DNA from: an uncultured Desulfospira sp.
Lineage (GTDB): Bacteria; Desulfobacterota; Desulfobacteria; Desulfobacterales; Desulfobacteraceae
Direction: 5' to 3'
Assembly: GCA_963663165.1 (NCBI GenBank)
Contig: OY760175.1
Location: forward strand, 5,120,001-5,184,000
Length of the DNA: 64,000 nt
In this document: piece after piece, positions 9,335 through 19,827 of the stretch
Layout of the letters: each line of letters starts with the position of its first letter
How positions within the stretch are numbered: the first letter of the stretch is position 1
Notes under the pieces: generated by a model
Told to the model about the DNA's origin: nothing
The model's input: only the letters and a program-made list of their open reading frames with translations
Database searches by the model: none
Position numbers and translations under genes: made by a program

Positions 9335-11653
9335 ATGCGGGTTCCAAATTTGTCATTATACAACAACACCACATACCAACTCAGTGTAATCACTACCCAG
9401 CTCAGTGATGCCAATGAGGTCATGGCCACCCAGAAACAAATGAATTCCATTTCAGATGATCCCGTGGGGACGGCCCAGGTTCTGGGCATCAATGCCACGC
9501 TGGCGAGCCTGGAACAGTATAACACTAATATTGACATGGGAATCACCTGGCTGGACAGCCAGGAAACCGCGATGGAGTCCATTCAGGACCAGATTCTGGA
9601 AGCCAAAACCCTGGCCCTCCAGCTGGCCAATGCTTCGGTGAGTGCATCGGAACGGACCGATGCCGTTGAAACTATTGAGGGCATCATTGATCAGATATTA
9701 GGACTGATGAACACACAGGTGAACGGGTCATATGTGTTTGGCGGCACGGATACGGATACGGTCCCCTTTGCCTATGATGATCCGGGAAATCCCGCGTCCG
9801 TGGTCTATCTGGGAAATTCAGACGCATTTACCATTTCCAGTTCCGACACCAGTCAGGTGGAGGTGGGAAGGGACGGCTCCACCGTGGTCACGGAAACCCA
9901 GATTATCGTGGACAGCACCAACAATAAAATATTTTTCCAGGAAGACCCGGGCCTGGGCGAAAACGCCAAGGTGATTCTGGATGCCACTATCCCTGACGGG
10001 GACTACACCCCGAAACAGCTGGCCTTAGCCGTTAAAAACGTCATGAACCAGGTATCCCAGGACGAGGGGTACGGGGTGACATATAAGGTTTCTTATGATG
10101 CAGAATCCGGCACATTTTCCTTTATCAATGACGGGGCCTATGACGGGTATATGGGGTTTGACCTGCTCTGGGAGTCCGGGGAATCTCCCCGGGTAGGCAA
10201 TATCAATACGGAAAATATTTTGCTGGAAGGGGTGGATCTCAGTCTGGTCAACGGGGACGCCCTGGTGCATGAGACGCCTGAACCGGACGGCACCGCCCCC
10301 CTTCGCCTGACCTGGGACGAAGACACCAGCACCTGGAGCGTTCTCAACGACCCGGGGTATGATCTGCCCCTGACCATAGACGGGAGCGATACCCATGTGG
10401 AGCTGGACCTGACCGGTAACGGTGTATCCGATCTGGTCATTGACCTGGAATCGGCGGCCATAGACGGCGGATATATCGAGTTTGACATTACCACCGCCTC
10501 CAATGAGCAGAGTATCGGACCGGATATGGGATTTGAAAGTGATGTGTCCTATACCCCGCCCCTTTCCGATACCCCGGTGGTTTTAAAAAGTTTTGACAAC
10601 ACAAACAATGTCATTGATTTTGTCGAATATGTGGGCGGGGTGCCGTCCTCCCAGCTGAGTGCGGCCATTCCTGAAGGCGACTATACGGACATGGAAAGCC
10701 TGGCCGCAGCCATTGAAGGCGCCATGGAAGATGCCTCGGTAAACGATGCCGATTATGAGGTGACCTATAACTGGAACTCAAATAAATTCATCATTGAAGA
10801 AGAATCCGGCCTGTTGAGTGAGGTGGCGCTGCTCTGGGCTTCCGGGACCAACAGCAGTATCAATGCCGGAACTGAGCTGGGGTTTGACACCTCTTTGGAT
10901 GATGCCGGTGATGTCTCTTATGTGGGAGATGACAAAGTGGCCCTGTTTACCATTACCGCCGGGGTCAACGATGCCATTAATTTTAAGGAAGTGCTTCCCG
11001 GCCTGACCGAAGATCAGGTTTCCGAGCTGACAGCGATAATCCCGGCCGGGCCTTATTATACCCCCCAAAGTTTTGCAAGGGCTGTTGAAGATGCCCTGGA
11101 AGATGCGTCCGAGGCAAACGGGAACAGGGTTGACTATGATGTGAGTTACGATTATAACTCTAGCAGGTTCAGCATAGAAGAAGACGGCTCCATAGAGCGC
11201 AAACTTGAAGAATTTTACCTGCTGTGGGAAAGCGGTTCCAATGCTGATACCAGCGCAGCCCAGGCCCTGGGGTTTTATGAAATCGATGCGGCATCTGCGG
11301 CAGTTGAAGGGGAAGAAGAGACCTGGGGAATATTTGAAACCCTGTTTGATTTAAAGGAATACCTGGCATCAGATGATGTGGACGGGATCCAGCGAACCAT
11401 CACCCGGCTGGACAATCATTACAACAGCATTACCTCCACCATCTCGGATACCGGTATGAAATACAACCGGCTGTTGATCAGCGAGCAGGTCATCCTGGAA
11501 ACCACTACCAGCCTCAAGGAAAGACGCTCTATGATTGAAGATGCCGATTATGTAGAGGCCACCATGGACCTTGCCGCCATCCAGACCGCATATGAGGCCT
11601 CATTGAACTCAAGCGCCCAGATTATCAATATCAGTCTGATGGACTATATGTAA
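9335..11653 (+). CDS. flgL: Hook-associated protein FlgL, 772 aa
   Basis: MRV start, SDDPVG, NGSYVFGG; C-terminal DADYVEA...YEASL...SLMDYM. Confidence 0.95.
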   Translation: MRVPNLSLYNNTTYQLSVITTQLSDANEVMATQKQMNSISDDPVGTAQVLGINATLASLEQYNTNIDMGITWLDSQETAMESIQDQILEAKTLALQLANASVSASERTDAVETIEGIIDQILGLMNTQVNGSYVFGGTDTDTVPFAYDDPGNPASVVYLGNSDAFTISSSDTSQVEVGRDGSTVVTETQIIVDSTNNKIFFQEDPGLGENAKVILDATIPDGDYTPKQLALAVKNVMNQVSQDEGYGVTYKVSYDAESGTFSFINDGAYDGYMGFDLLWESGESPRVGNINTENILLEGVDLSLVNGDALVHETPEPDGTAPLRLTWDEDTSTWSVLNDPGYDLPLTIDGSDTHVELDLTGNGVSDLVIDLESAAIDGGYIEFDITTASNEQSIGPDMGFESDVSYTPPLSDTPVVLKSFDNTNNVIDFVEYVGGVPSSQLSAAIPEGDYTDMESLAAAIEGAMEDASVNDADYEVTYNWNSNKFIIEEESGLLSEVALLWASGTNSSINAGTELGFDTSLDDAGDVSYVGDDKVALFTITAGVNDAINFKEVLPGLTEDQVSELTAIIPAGPYYTPQSFARAVEDALEDASEANGNRVDYDVSYDYNSSRFSIEEDGSIERKLEEFYLLWESGSNADTSAAQALGFYEIDAASAAVEGEEETWGIFETLFDLKEYLASDDVDGIQRTITRLDNHYNSITSTISDTGMKYNRLLISEQVILETTTSLKERRSMIEDADYVEATMDLAAIQTAYEASLNSSAQIINISLMDYM

Positions 11654-11655
11654 AT

Positions 11656-11904
11656 ATGCTTATTTTAACTCGAAAAGTCGGTGAAAGCATCGTGATCGGG
11701 GATGATATCGTGATCAAGGTGGTGGAAACCGGTAAGAACAGTATCCGTATCGGCATTGACGCCCCAAAGGATATATCCGTACTCAGAAAGGAAGTCTTCG
11801 ACTCCATCCAGCAGGAAAATATCCTTTCATCCAGGGGTGACAAGATCGATATCACCAAGGCGGCCAAACTGATCGGAAACAAGAAAACGGAAAAATTAGG
11901 GTAA
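11656..11904 (+). CDS. csrA: Carbon storage regulator CsrA
   Basis: MLILTRKVGESIVIGDDI...IRIGIDAPKDISVLRKEV. Confidence 0.97.
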   Translation: MLILTRKVGESIVIGDDIVIKVVETGKNSIRIGIDAPKDISVLRKEVFDSIQQENILSSRGDKIDITKAAKLIGNKKTEKLG

Positions 11905-12329
11905 TGAGAATCAAGACTAGACAATTCGGGGAAGTCAATATTGATGAGGATAAGATCATTAATATGCCGTGGGGGATTCCCGGGTTCAAAGACCAGAAAA
12001 AATACGTTGTACTCCAGACAGAGGAGACCATACCGTTTTTCCTCTTTCAGAGTGTGGATGATCCAAACCTGTCGTTTGTGGTTTTAGATCCCACAAAGGT
12101 CTTTCCCGATTATACCCTGGAAGAAAAAGATTTTGAGAAAACAATTGAATGGGACTTTGGAAACGAAGAAATTACCTGTTTTGTGATTGTGACCATTCCC
12201 CACGGGAGCCCGGAAAAAATGACAGCCAATTTTATGGCCCCCCTGGTGATCAATAACAACAAAAAAGAAGGGGTTCAACTGATCCGGCAGAACAGCCCTT
12301 ATTCCCACCAGCAGCGGATCTTAAGCTGA
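11904..12329 (+). CDS. fliW: Flagellar assembly factor FliW
   Basis: MRIKTRQFG, GIPGF, FQSVDDP, MTANFMAPLVIN; adjacent to csrA. Confidence 0.95.
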   Translation: MRIKTRQFGEVNIDEDKIINMPWGIPGFKDQKKYVVLQTEETIPFFLFQSVDDPNLSFVVLDPTKVFPDYTLEEKDFEKTIEWDFGNEEITCFVIVTIPHGSPEKMTANFMAPLVINNNKKEGVQLIRQNSPYSHQQRILS

Positions 12330-12359
12330 CCGCCAACGCATTTCATGAAACACCAATAG

Positions 12360-12389
12360 GCCTGGACACACCTGTCCAGGCTTTTTTTT
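12360..12389 (+). terminator. Rho-independent terminator after fliW
   Basis: gcctggaca-cacc-tgtccaggc followed by T8. Confidence 0.85.
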
Positions 12390-12446
12390 CTGCCAAAGCC
12401 AATAAAACGGTTCGGTTAATTCAAGACAGACCGGGGTGCCTTTGTT

Positions 12447-12830
12447 TTACGCATCCGTACTGAATAGAAATCCGGTCAGGTCCTGCATCTTCTCCTGAAG
12501 CTCCAGAAGCTCTTCCGGCGGGAACTGTTTGATCACCTTTTCGGTATCCTGCTCCAAAACCTTGACCACCAGACTGTTGGTGCCTTCGTTGATGCTGAAA
12601 TCCATTTTGGTTTGAAGGGTGGCCGTCATTTCTTTTAATGCGTCCACCATTTCTTCAACATCTTCCCGGGTAATCTCCTGAACCTGGGCTTCGGACTCCT
12701 GCGCCTGCGCCGGCTTAGGTTCCTGCACAGTGTCAAGCTCGGTCCGAACCGGTTCTGTCTTGGAAACAGAAGATGCCTGACTTACTGCGGCAGTCTCAGC
12801 GTTGACTGCGGCATTTCCTGTAATTTCCAT
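12447..12830 (-). CDS. flaG: FlaG family protein (copy 2)
   Basis: FSINEGTNSLVVKVLEQDTEKVIKQFPPEELL...GFLF. Confidence 0.9.
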   Translation of the reverse strand: MEITGNAAVNAETAAVSQASSVSKTEPVRTELDTVQEPKPAQAQESEAQVQEITREDVEEMVDALKEMTATLQTKMDFSINEGTNSLVVKVLEQDTEKVIKQFPPEELLELQEKMQDLTGFLFSTDA

Positions 12831-12875
12831 GATGCTTTCCTCCCTGTAATGATAATTTAAGGCCCTGGTGGCCTT

Positions 12876-13256
12876 TTAAACATCCACAGTGAACAGGAAT
12901 CCGGTCAGGTCCTGCATTTTTTCCTGAAGCTCTAAAAGCTCTTCTGCAGGGAACTGTTTGATGACCTTTTCCGTGTCCTGGTCTACAACCTTGACCACCA
13001 GGCTGTTGGTGCTTTCGTTGATGCTGAAATCCATTTTGGTCTGAAGGGTGGCGGTCATTTCCTTTAATGCTTCCACGGTGGCTTCCACATCTTCCCGGGT
13101 GATGTCGCGGGGTTCGGTTTCGGATGGCTGCAATGGGCGCAACCGGGTAATGGTGGTCTCCACTCCGGTTTCAATAGTGTCTGAAACCGAAGCCGAAGAT
13201 TCCCGGCTTACCGTTACGCTGTCTATGCTGACTGCGGCATTTCCTGAAATATTCAT
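12876..13256 (-). CDS. flaG: FlaG family protein (copy 1)
   Basis: C-terminal half near-identical to the neighbouring FlaG. Confidence 0.9.
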   Translation of the reverse strand: MNISGNAAVSIDSVTVSRESSASVSDTIETGVETTITRLRPLQPSETEPRDITREDVEATVEALKEMTATLQTKMDFSINESTNSLVVKVVDQDTEKVIKQFPAEELLELQEKMQDLTGFLFTVDV

Positions 13257-13292
13257 GGCTTAAGTCCTCCTTGCAAAAATTGGGGCCTTGGC

Positions 13293-13697
13293 TTATCTGC
13301 TGATACTCAACACCCTGGGGCGTCCTTTGGACAAGTTCAGGGGTTTGTAGCCCTGTATGGCTTTTCTGCCATGTTTTAATTGATTCAAACTTGTTCTCAA
13401 CCGTTCCTTATGGTTTTTTATCTCAAGGGCAATGGTGTCGTCAACTTTGAGAATGGCACCGAGCCGCTTTTCATACCGGGTCAGTACGGAAATATTCCCT
13501 TTACTGTTGTTTCCTGTAACGTTCAGGAACGTATTGAGGACCGACTTTAAGTTGTCGGAGGCCTGTCTCCTTTCTTGGGTCATCTTTGAGATATCGGGCA
13601 TTTCCAAGGTCTTCAGCTGATGCAGATGAGCCTTTTGAAGAGATTCATAGTCCATAAATCCCTTTTCAATGGTTGGTGTATGTTCCTTTGTGTTCAT
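13293..13697 (-). CDS. Hypothetical flagellar protein, possibly a FliT-like chaperone
   Basis: Helical 134-aa protein after fliS, with a KAIQGY motif near the C-terminus. The call rests on position only. Confidence 0.5.
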   Translation of the reverse strand: MNTKEHTPTIEKGFMDYESLQKAHLHQLKTLEMPDISKMTQERRQASDNLKSVLNTFLNVTGNNSKGNISVLTRYEKRLGAILKVDDTIALEIKNHKERLRTSLNQLKHGRKAIQGYKPLNLSKGRPRVLSISR

Positions 13698-13755
13698 GAA
13701 AATTTCCTATATCCTTTTCAGGCAGTTAAATAAAGTATCTTCCATTGGCCTTCGG

Positions 13756-14244
13756 TTAAACGGCTATTGAGGTCCTCAGGTTGGCATTTTGTCCATATCC
13801 GGCGGCGCCGTATGCCGGAAACGGTTTCGGGGAAGCCGGTGCTGCCGGTTCATCAACTGATTCGGCCGGCTGGTTCATCACCGTTGTTTCCCATATCCGT
13901 TTAAGTTCCATGGTGTACTTCTCAGCCCGGTCCAGGGTGGCGATGTCGTTGCTTACAGAGACCTTGGCCAGTTCGTTCATCATGGTCATGTAAAGGCTTC
14001 GCAGAAAGTTGATCTCATCGGTTTGTATGTTGCTGTCCAGGCAGGCATTAAGCTCGGATATAATGGCAATGGCTTTTCCTATATTTTCACCTCTTTGTTT
14101 GGGGTCATTGTGTTTTGCCCCTTCTCTGGCCAGGTTAATTCTTTTAATCGCCCCTTCATACAGCATGAGAATGAGTTTTTCAGGTGTAATATCAGCGCTC
14201 ATCTGGGCTTTCTGGTAAGAATTTAAGGCATTGCCGTTAACCAT
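13756..14244 (-). CDS. fliS: Flagellin chaperone FliS
   Basis: TPEKLILMLYEGAI...KAIAIISEL...L.SLY...ELKRIW. Confidence 0.95.
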   Translation of the reverse strand: MVNGNALNSYQKAQMSADITPEKLILMLYEGAIKRINLAREGAKHNDPKQRGENIGKAIAIISELNACLDSNIQTDEINFLRSLYMTMMNELAKVSVSNDIATLDRAEKYTMELKRIWETTVMNQPAESVDEPAAPASPKPFPAYGAAGYGQNANLRTSIAV

Positions 14245-14275
14245 AAAATGTTACTCCTTATCTGCGTTCCGCGGT

Positions 14276-16348
14276 TTAATCATCATCATCGGATGTTGCA
14301 CTGAAAATTTCGGCAACATAGGACTGCATGGATTCCATTTCCCGCATATAGGAATCCATTTCAACATATTGCAGGGTTAAAGTTTCATATTTTTTTTCGA
14401 TTCGTTCGGTTTCGTTTTCAATGGCATCTTCAAGGCTTTCAATTTTGTCGTCAATGGAACCGGTTTCACTTTCAATGTAACCCCCAAGTTTGGTCAGGTC
14501 TAACAGGTGGTCATTGAGCTGGTCTGCCAGGCCTTCAACATCGTCATTCCCAATAAAAAAGGCTTTGACGTCATCGAAATTACTGGACAACGCTTCGGTG
14601 AGCGTGTCCTCGTCCAGGCTGACACTGCCGTCTTCACTGATTTCAAATCCCAGATCAAAAAAAGTGGTGATGCTGCCGCCGGTATTTATCCTGGATTGAA
14701 GCAGGGAAAGCAAATTGCTTTTCATGGTGTCCACAGAGGAATATTTGGCCAGGGTCCCCCAGGTTTCTTCATCCTCGTCATAGTCATCGTTTGAATCAAT
14801 TTCCGTAAGCAGGTCGTTGAACAGGCTCACAATAGCGATGATATCTTCTTTAATGCTTTCGGTTTCCTCGGTCACCGTGATGTTGGCGGAGCCGGTTTCG
14901 GTAAGGTCAAGGGAGATGCCGGAAATCAGGCCGGACAGGTCTTCATTTCCCTGGCGCTGGTAGGTCACGTTATCTATGGTGACCTGGGAATTTAAAGACG
15001 ATGCGGCCGGGGTGATGGTCTGGTCTTCGGTAAATCCTAAGGTCGCTGCGGCGGTTGACCCGGCATCACTCCATTTGATGGTCAGGCTTTCAAGGGTTCC
15101 GGCTTCTGTAATTTCAAGTTTTCCCGTGCTTTCATTATAGGATACCTGATAGTCAATCCCGTTCCCGCTGTCGGCTGAGGCGTCTTCCAAGGCTTCTTCT
15201 ATGGCTTCAGCCAGGTCTTCTCCGTTGCTGAAGACCGCCGTATCAATGGTGGCGGTCAGCTGCGATATGTCCCCGTCGGCGGTTTCTTCTTCAAAAACGA
15301 TCTGAGTGTTGTTGTTGGCCGGGCGGATAACCAGAGGGGTATCAAAATCAATGGCGCTTTCCGATGTCATGACATACCCGGACCCGTTCTGTTCGGTCAA
15401 GGTCAGGTCGGCAAGCCCCTGGGTGATGGTGATCCGGTTGTCTTCACCCGTGCTGTCTGCGGTTAACACCAGCTGATAGGGATTGTCACCGTATCCCGTG
15501 TCCACCACGGATGCGGTGACACCGGGATTGTCTTCGTCGTCGTTGATCAGCTCGGCCAGCTCTTCAAGGCTGGTGTCGGCGGAAACCGTAAGGGAAACTT
15601 GTGTCTCCCCGACGGCATAGGAAAATGTGGTGTCCGGGGCAGAAAAATCCATGGATTCCGGGGGCACGGTAACCATGACCCGGTTGTCTTCTCCGGTTCC
15701 CCCGGCCGTGGACGCAATCTGGAGGTGAAAGTTTCCCTCATCATCTTCGATAACGGAAGCGGTGACATAAGTTCCCCCGTCTCCGTCATCATTGGCCGCA
15801 TCGTTGTTGATGGCATCCGCCAGATCGTCCAGGGTATATCCGCCGGCACCCCCGGTGATGGTAATAACCTCCCGGTCGTCACCGGTGCCGTAGGTGATGC
15901 TCATTTCTTCATCTTCTTCCAAAACAACCGTAGTGTCGGTGTCGGAAAACCCGTCGTCAGACTGCTGGGAGGTGGGAACATAGACGGTGCTGGTGGTGGC
16001 GGATTTGCCCGAGGAGGTAAAAGAACTTTTGGAGGCCAGCTGGTCAACCTCAATACTGTAGGTGCCGGTTTCAGCACCATCTGATGAGGATACTCTCAAG
16101 ATTTCCGATGATACACTCACGGAACGGGAAAGGAAATTTGAACTCAATGACAGGGAGGATGCACTGGACTTCATATCCAGCAGGATAGCGTTAAGGACAT
16201 TGAATTCATCCTGAGAGGCCTGAAGCTCGGTAATGGTTTCTTCTTTTGCGGTGATAGTGACTTCATCCGCCTCTTGAAGACTTTCAAGAATGCTTGTTAT
16301 GTCCAGGCCGGAGCCCAGCCCCATTGAAGTAATGGTACCTGTTCCCAT
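14276..16348 (-). CDS. fliD: Filament cap protein FliD, 690 aa
   Basis: GLGSGLD N-terminus, GTYSIEVDQLA, GVTASVVDTG, C-terminal coiled coil. Confidence 0.93.
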   Translation of the reverse strand: MGTGTITSMGLGSGLDITSILESLQEADEVTITAKEETITELQASQDEFNVLNAILLDMKSSASSLSLSSNFLSRSVSVSSEILRVSSSDGAETGTYSIEVDQLASKSSFTSSGKSATTSTVYVPTSQQSDDGFSDTDTTVVLEEDEEMSITYGTGDDREVITITGGAGGYTLDDLADAINNDAANDDGDGGTYVTASVIEDDEGNFHLQIASTAGGTGEDNRVMVTVPPESMDFSAPDTTFSYAVGETQVSLTVSADTSLEELAELINDDEDNPGVTASVVDTGYGDNPYQLVLTADSTGEDNRITITQGLADLTLTEQNGSGYVMTSESAIDFDTPLVIRPANNNTQIVFEEETADGDISQLTATIDTAVFSNGEDLAEAIEEALEDASADSGNGIDYQVSYNESTGKLEITEAGTLESLTIKWSDAGSTAAATLGFTEDQTITPAASSLNSQVTIDNVTYQRQGNEDLSGLISGISLDLTETGSANITVTEETESIKEDIIAIVSLFNDLLTEIDSNDDYDEDEETWGTLAKYSSVDTMKSNLLSLLQSRINTGGSITTFFDLGFEISEDGSVSLDEDTLTEALSSNFDDVKAFFIGNDDVEGLADQLNDHLLDLTKLGGYIESETGSIDDKIESLEDAIENETERIEKKYETLTLQYVEMDSYMREMESMQSYVAEIFSATSDDDD

Positions 16349-16381
16349 TTGTTCACTCCTTTTATTATCTGCTTAAATTAA

Positions 16382-16409
16382 GTATCGGTAATTTGGGCTT
16401 AAAACTTAA
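16382..16409 (-). promoter_or_regulatory. Sigma28-like promoter of the fliD operon
   Basis: Minus strand TAAG-N15-ACCGATAC versus consensus TAAA-N15-GCCGATAA. Confidence 0.6.
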
Positions 16410-16421
16410 CCTTAATGATAT

Positions 16422-16471
16422 AAAAAAAACGCTTCCACTAAGGTGCGTGGTCCTGCCCTCGTGGAAGCGTT
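16422..16471 (-). terminator. Terminator-like hairpin after the 960-aa flagellin
   Basis: aacgcttccac...gtggaagcgtt stem next to an A8 run (T-tract on the minus strand). Confidence 0.7.
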
Positions 16472-16502
16472 CCGGTTTTTCAGCCTGGTTCAAGGCGGTT
16501 GG

Positions 16503-19385
16503 TTACTGAAGCAGGCTCATGATATTCTCTGCTGTGGCATTGGCCTGGGCCAGGGCATAGGAGCCGGTCTGGGCCAGAAGCGACAGGTTGGAAAAGGTCA
16601 TGGACTCTTCGGCAAAATCGATATCCCGGATGGTGGATTCCGATGCCAGGATATTGGTCTTGGTCACCGACAGGTTGGAGATGGTGGAAGATAGCTGATT
16701 CTGGACAGAACCCAGGCTGGCCCGGGTTTCATCCAGAGCGGCCAGGGCTGCCTCGGCAATGCTGATGGCCCTCTGGGCGCTTTCAGAATCCAGTACGCTG
16801 AGGTCCGCAAGGTTGTAGGATTCCACCTCGCTTAAGCCCACGGTGCCGGCATTGGCGGTATTGACCGCCAGAATAGAGCCGCCTTTAATGGTGCTGCCCT
16901 CTTCAATCATCATATCTTCGGACAGGGTGGTGTTGGCATTCACATACAGATCCGATGTCAGAACGTCGCCTGCCTGGACTTCCACCTCTGTTGCCGACCC
17001 GAGGCCGGAATCAGAGTTTAGGACCATATCCTGGGAAATGACGGTGCCGGCTTTCAGGATGGTGCCGGCCGCCAGGATACTGCCTGCGGTGGCGGTCATG
17101 TCGCTGTCCAGTATTTCATCTCCCGACAGGGTAATGGAACCGCCGATGGTGGAGCCTTCGGCAATGATGCTGCCGCTTTCAAGGGTGGAGCCGGCTTCAA
17201 GCTGGGTCAGCTTATAGGTCTCCAGAGCCGTTGCGGTATCATTTAGCTCACCGCCCATGACATAGGTGGAGTCGCCCAAGGTGGAGCCGGCAATCAGTTT
17301 GGAGCCGGCGGCCAGCTCAGATCCGGATTCAAGGGTCATGTCATCGGCCATGGTGGCATTGGACAGGGTGACGGTGCAGCCGCCGGTGCTGGCAATGGCG
17401 GTACTGCCGTTTTCAAACCCGGCGGTCAGGATGGAACCGGTTGCCAGGGAAAAGGTGCCGGTTGCGGCGGTGGTAAAATCCTCTGACAGAATTTGGTCTT
17501 CACTTAAGGTATAGACCGCGTCCTCAGTGATGGTGTCTCCGCTGACAATGACACCGGATGTGGTAATGAGGGTGGGGCCGCTGTAAGTGGTGGACCCGCC
17601 GGTAGTGACCAGAACCAGCGTGGTGTTTTCGGTCAACAGACTGCCGGACTGGATCGTAAAGGAATTATCAGTGGTGCTCAAGGTGTTGTTGAGCATGATA
17701 TTGGTGGTGGTGGTTCCGTCAATGGCCGTTGTCCCGGCGCCGTCGGTGGCGTTGTAAATGGCCCCGATCTCAAAGGTGGCCCCGAGCTGGGAGCCGTTGG
17801 TCAGGATGGAACCGGCCTTGATTTTGGTATTGTCCGTGGCCGTTGAATTGTAGGTTAAGGTCATATCCTTGGCCAGGGTGATGTCCCTGGAGAGTACCAC
17901 GGAGGATGCCAGGACATCGCCCACATTGTAAGTCACCACAGACCCGCTGGAAGATGTGGTAAACTGGGTGGTCACAATGGTGCCTTTGCCAAGGGTGGTA
18001 TACTTGTCCAGTGTAGACCCTGCGGTTACCAGCATGTCCTGCTCTAAAACGGTTACCCCGGTTCCGGCGCTGGCAAAGGTGGAGCCTGCCACCGTGACGG
18101 AGCCGCCGATCACGGATCCTTTTGCGATTTCCGTGGTGGCGTACAGGGTGGACCCGGCCATGATTTCGTAATCCAGCTGGGTGCGGGAAACCGAGGATTC
18201 CACAATGGCATCTCCGCCCACAATGGTGCCGGCGGCCAGAACAGAACCGGCTTCAATGGTTGAGCCTGCCGCCAGGATAGAATCCTCTACCGTGGTCATA
18301 TCGGCGTCAATCTGGATGTCTCCGCCCACAGCCCCGGCCCCGATGCCGTTGATCTGGAACTGGCTGACCCCGCTCTGGGTTAACTGCAGATACCCGATGG
18401 TGGACATCTGGCCGGCCGTGCTGCCGAATACCCCTGAGACACTGCCGTCCACTTCAATGGCACGGCCGTCAAGGGAACTTAAGGTCAGGGAGCCGTCCGA
18501 AGAAATATAGGCCTCAACCCCGGTTTCAGAAGATTTGTCGTTGATGGCGGTGACCAGGGCGCCGTCGGCATCATTGGCTTCCACCTGGATATCGCCGATG
18601 GATACCCCGTTAATGGCGAAACTGTCCCCGGTGGAGCCGGCCTGGATCTCTGTGGTGGTGGTGGTTTCCACAATGGCGTTGGCGGAGATGCCGGTCACCG
18701 AGGTGTATTTGTTGATTTCATCTTCCAAGGCCCCCATGCCGTTGTCCCGGTCATTGTTATACTGGATGTCAATGGTGCTTAAGGTCAGTTCCTCACCGGT
18801 AATGGACGATGTGATGGTGAGCTGGACCTCTCCGCCGCTGTCGCTGGACAGGGACAGGTTGGCCTGGGAAATGTGGCCGATGCTGTTGGATTCTGCAGAA
18901 CCAATGGAAATGCTGGCCGTTTCATTGGCAAAGGCCCCGATCTGGATGACCTTGTCTGAAAAGGCGCCGGACAGCAGTTTCTGCCCGTTATAGGAGGTGG
19001 TCTTGGCGATGGCATCCAGCTCTTCGAGGAGTTTGTCAATGTCATTCTGGATGGCCCGCCGGGTGTCTGTGGTCTGTCCGTCCGAGGCGGCCTGGATGGC
19101 CTTGGTTTTAATGGTGTTGACGATGTTGATGGATTCCTGGAGTGCGCCGTCGGCTGTCTGCACCATGGAAATTCCGTCGTTGGCGTTTCTGACGGCCTGG
19201 CCAATCCCCAAGGACTGGGCTTTCAATGAATCGGCAATGGCCATCCCCGACGAATCGTCGGCCGCTTTGTTGATCCTTAAGCCCGTTGAGAGCCGTTCTA
19301 AAGACTCGCTCAGTGCCGTATCATTGGAAACCATACTGCGGTGGGCATTCAGTGCGGCAATGTTGGTGTTGATTTTTAAGGTCAT
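16503..19385 (-). CDS. Flagellin, 960 aa (sigma54-dependent, FlaB-like)
   Basis: INTNIAALNAHR, LERLSTGLRINKAADD, RASLGSVQNQL, SESTIRDIDFAEE. Confidence 0.97.
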   Translation of the reverse strand: MTLKINTNIAALNAHRSMVSNDTALSESLERLSTGLRINKAADDSSGMAIADSLKAQSLGIGQAVRNANDGISMVQTADGALQESINIVNTIKTKAIQAASDGQTTDTRRAIQNDIDKLLEELDAIAKTTSYNGQKLLSGAFSDKVIQIGAFANETASISIGSAESNSIGHISQANLSLSSDSGGEVQLTITSSITGEELTLSTIDIQYNNDRDNGMGALEDEINKYTSVTGISANAIVETTTTTEIQAGSTGDSFAINGVSIGDIQVEANDADGALVTAINDKSSETGVEAYISSDGSLTLSSLDGRAIEVDGSVSGVFGSTAGQMSTIGYLQLTQSGVSQFQINGIGAGAVGGDIQIDADMTTVEDSILAAGSTIEAGSVLAAGTIVGGDAIVESSVSRTQLDYEIMAGSTLYATTEIAKGSVIGGSVTVAGSTFASAGTGVTVLEQDMLVTAGSTLDKYTTLGKGTIVTTQFTTSSSGSVVTYNVGDVLASSVVLSRDITLAKDMTLTYNSTATDNTKIKAGSILTNGSQLGATFEIGAIYNATDGAGTTAIDGTTTTNIMLNNTLSTTDNSFTIQSGSLLTENTTLVLVTTGGSTTYSGPTLITTSGVIVSGDTITEDAVYTLSEDQILSEDFTTAATGTFSLATGSILTAGFENGSTAIASTGGCTVTLSNATMADDMTLESGSELAAGSKLIAGSTLGDSTYVMGGELNDTATALETYKLTQLEAGSTLESGSIIAEGSTIGGSITLSGDEILDSDMTATAGSILAAGTILKAGTVISQDMVLNSDSGLGSATEVEVQAGDVLTSDLYVNANTTLSEDMMIEEGSTIKGGSILAVNTANAGTVGLSEVESYNLADLSVLDSESAQRAISIAEAALAALDETRASLGSVQNQLSSTISNLSVTKTNILASESTIRDIDFAEESMTFSNLSLLAQTGSYALAQANATAENIMSLLQ

Positions 19386-19484
19386 GGTGCTGTTCCTCCT
19401 TGATGATGTTTATCCTTTTTGTTCTGTGGCGCTTGCCTTAAAAAATTGGGGTGAAAAGGCAAAATTGTTTTTAAAGGTGAAAAC

Positions 19485-19500
19485 AGCAATCCTTGTGCCA
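19485..19500 (-). promoter_or_regulatory. Sigma54 promoter of the 960-aa flagellin
   Basis: Minus strand TGGCACAAGGATTGCT, a consensus match identical to the site upstream of fliL. Confidence 0.9.
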
Positions 19501-19713
19501 TGAAGAAAAAATTTAATGCAACTTACTAATATCTCACATGATTAGTTTCGATATATGGGGCTGGTGGTGGAAGGTGGTATAGGGAAAAATAGAATTTTTT
19601 TTCCGGGTATCTACCTGAATATAGGCAATATTTTCCCAAGTGCCTAAGGGTTAAATTTTTTTGGGGTTAATTTTTTTGGGGAACTAAACAAAACTTTTCG
19701 GGCAATGGCATGT

Positions 19714-19748
19714 AACGGAGACCGGAAACCGGAGACCGCAGACCGGAT
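19714..19748 (+). repeat. GGAGACC heptamer array
   Basis: cggagac cggaaac cggagac cgcagac cggat. Confidence 0.65.
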
Positions 19749-19827
19749 AAAAAATCGGGGATTGGCATCTTGCTGCTGCTCTTGCTATAAACCATTTGAG
19801 CAAGAGCAAGAGGAAGAAAATCAGCCT

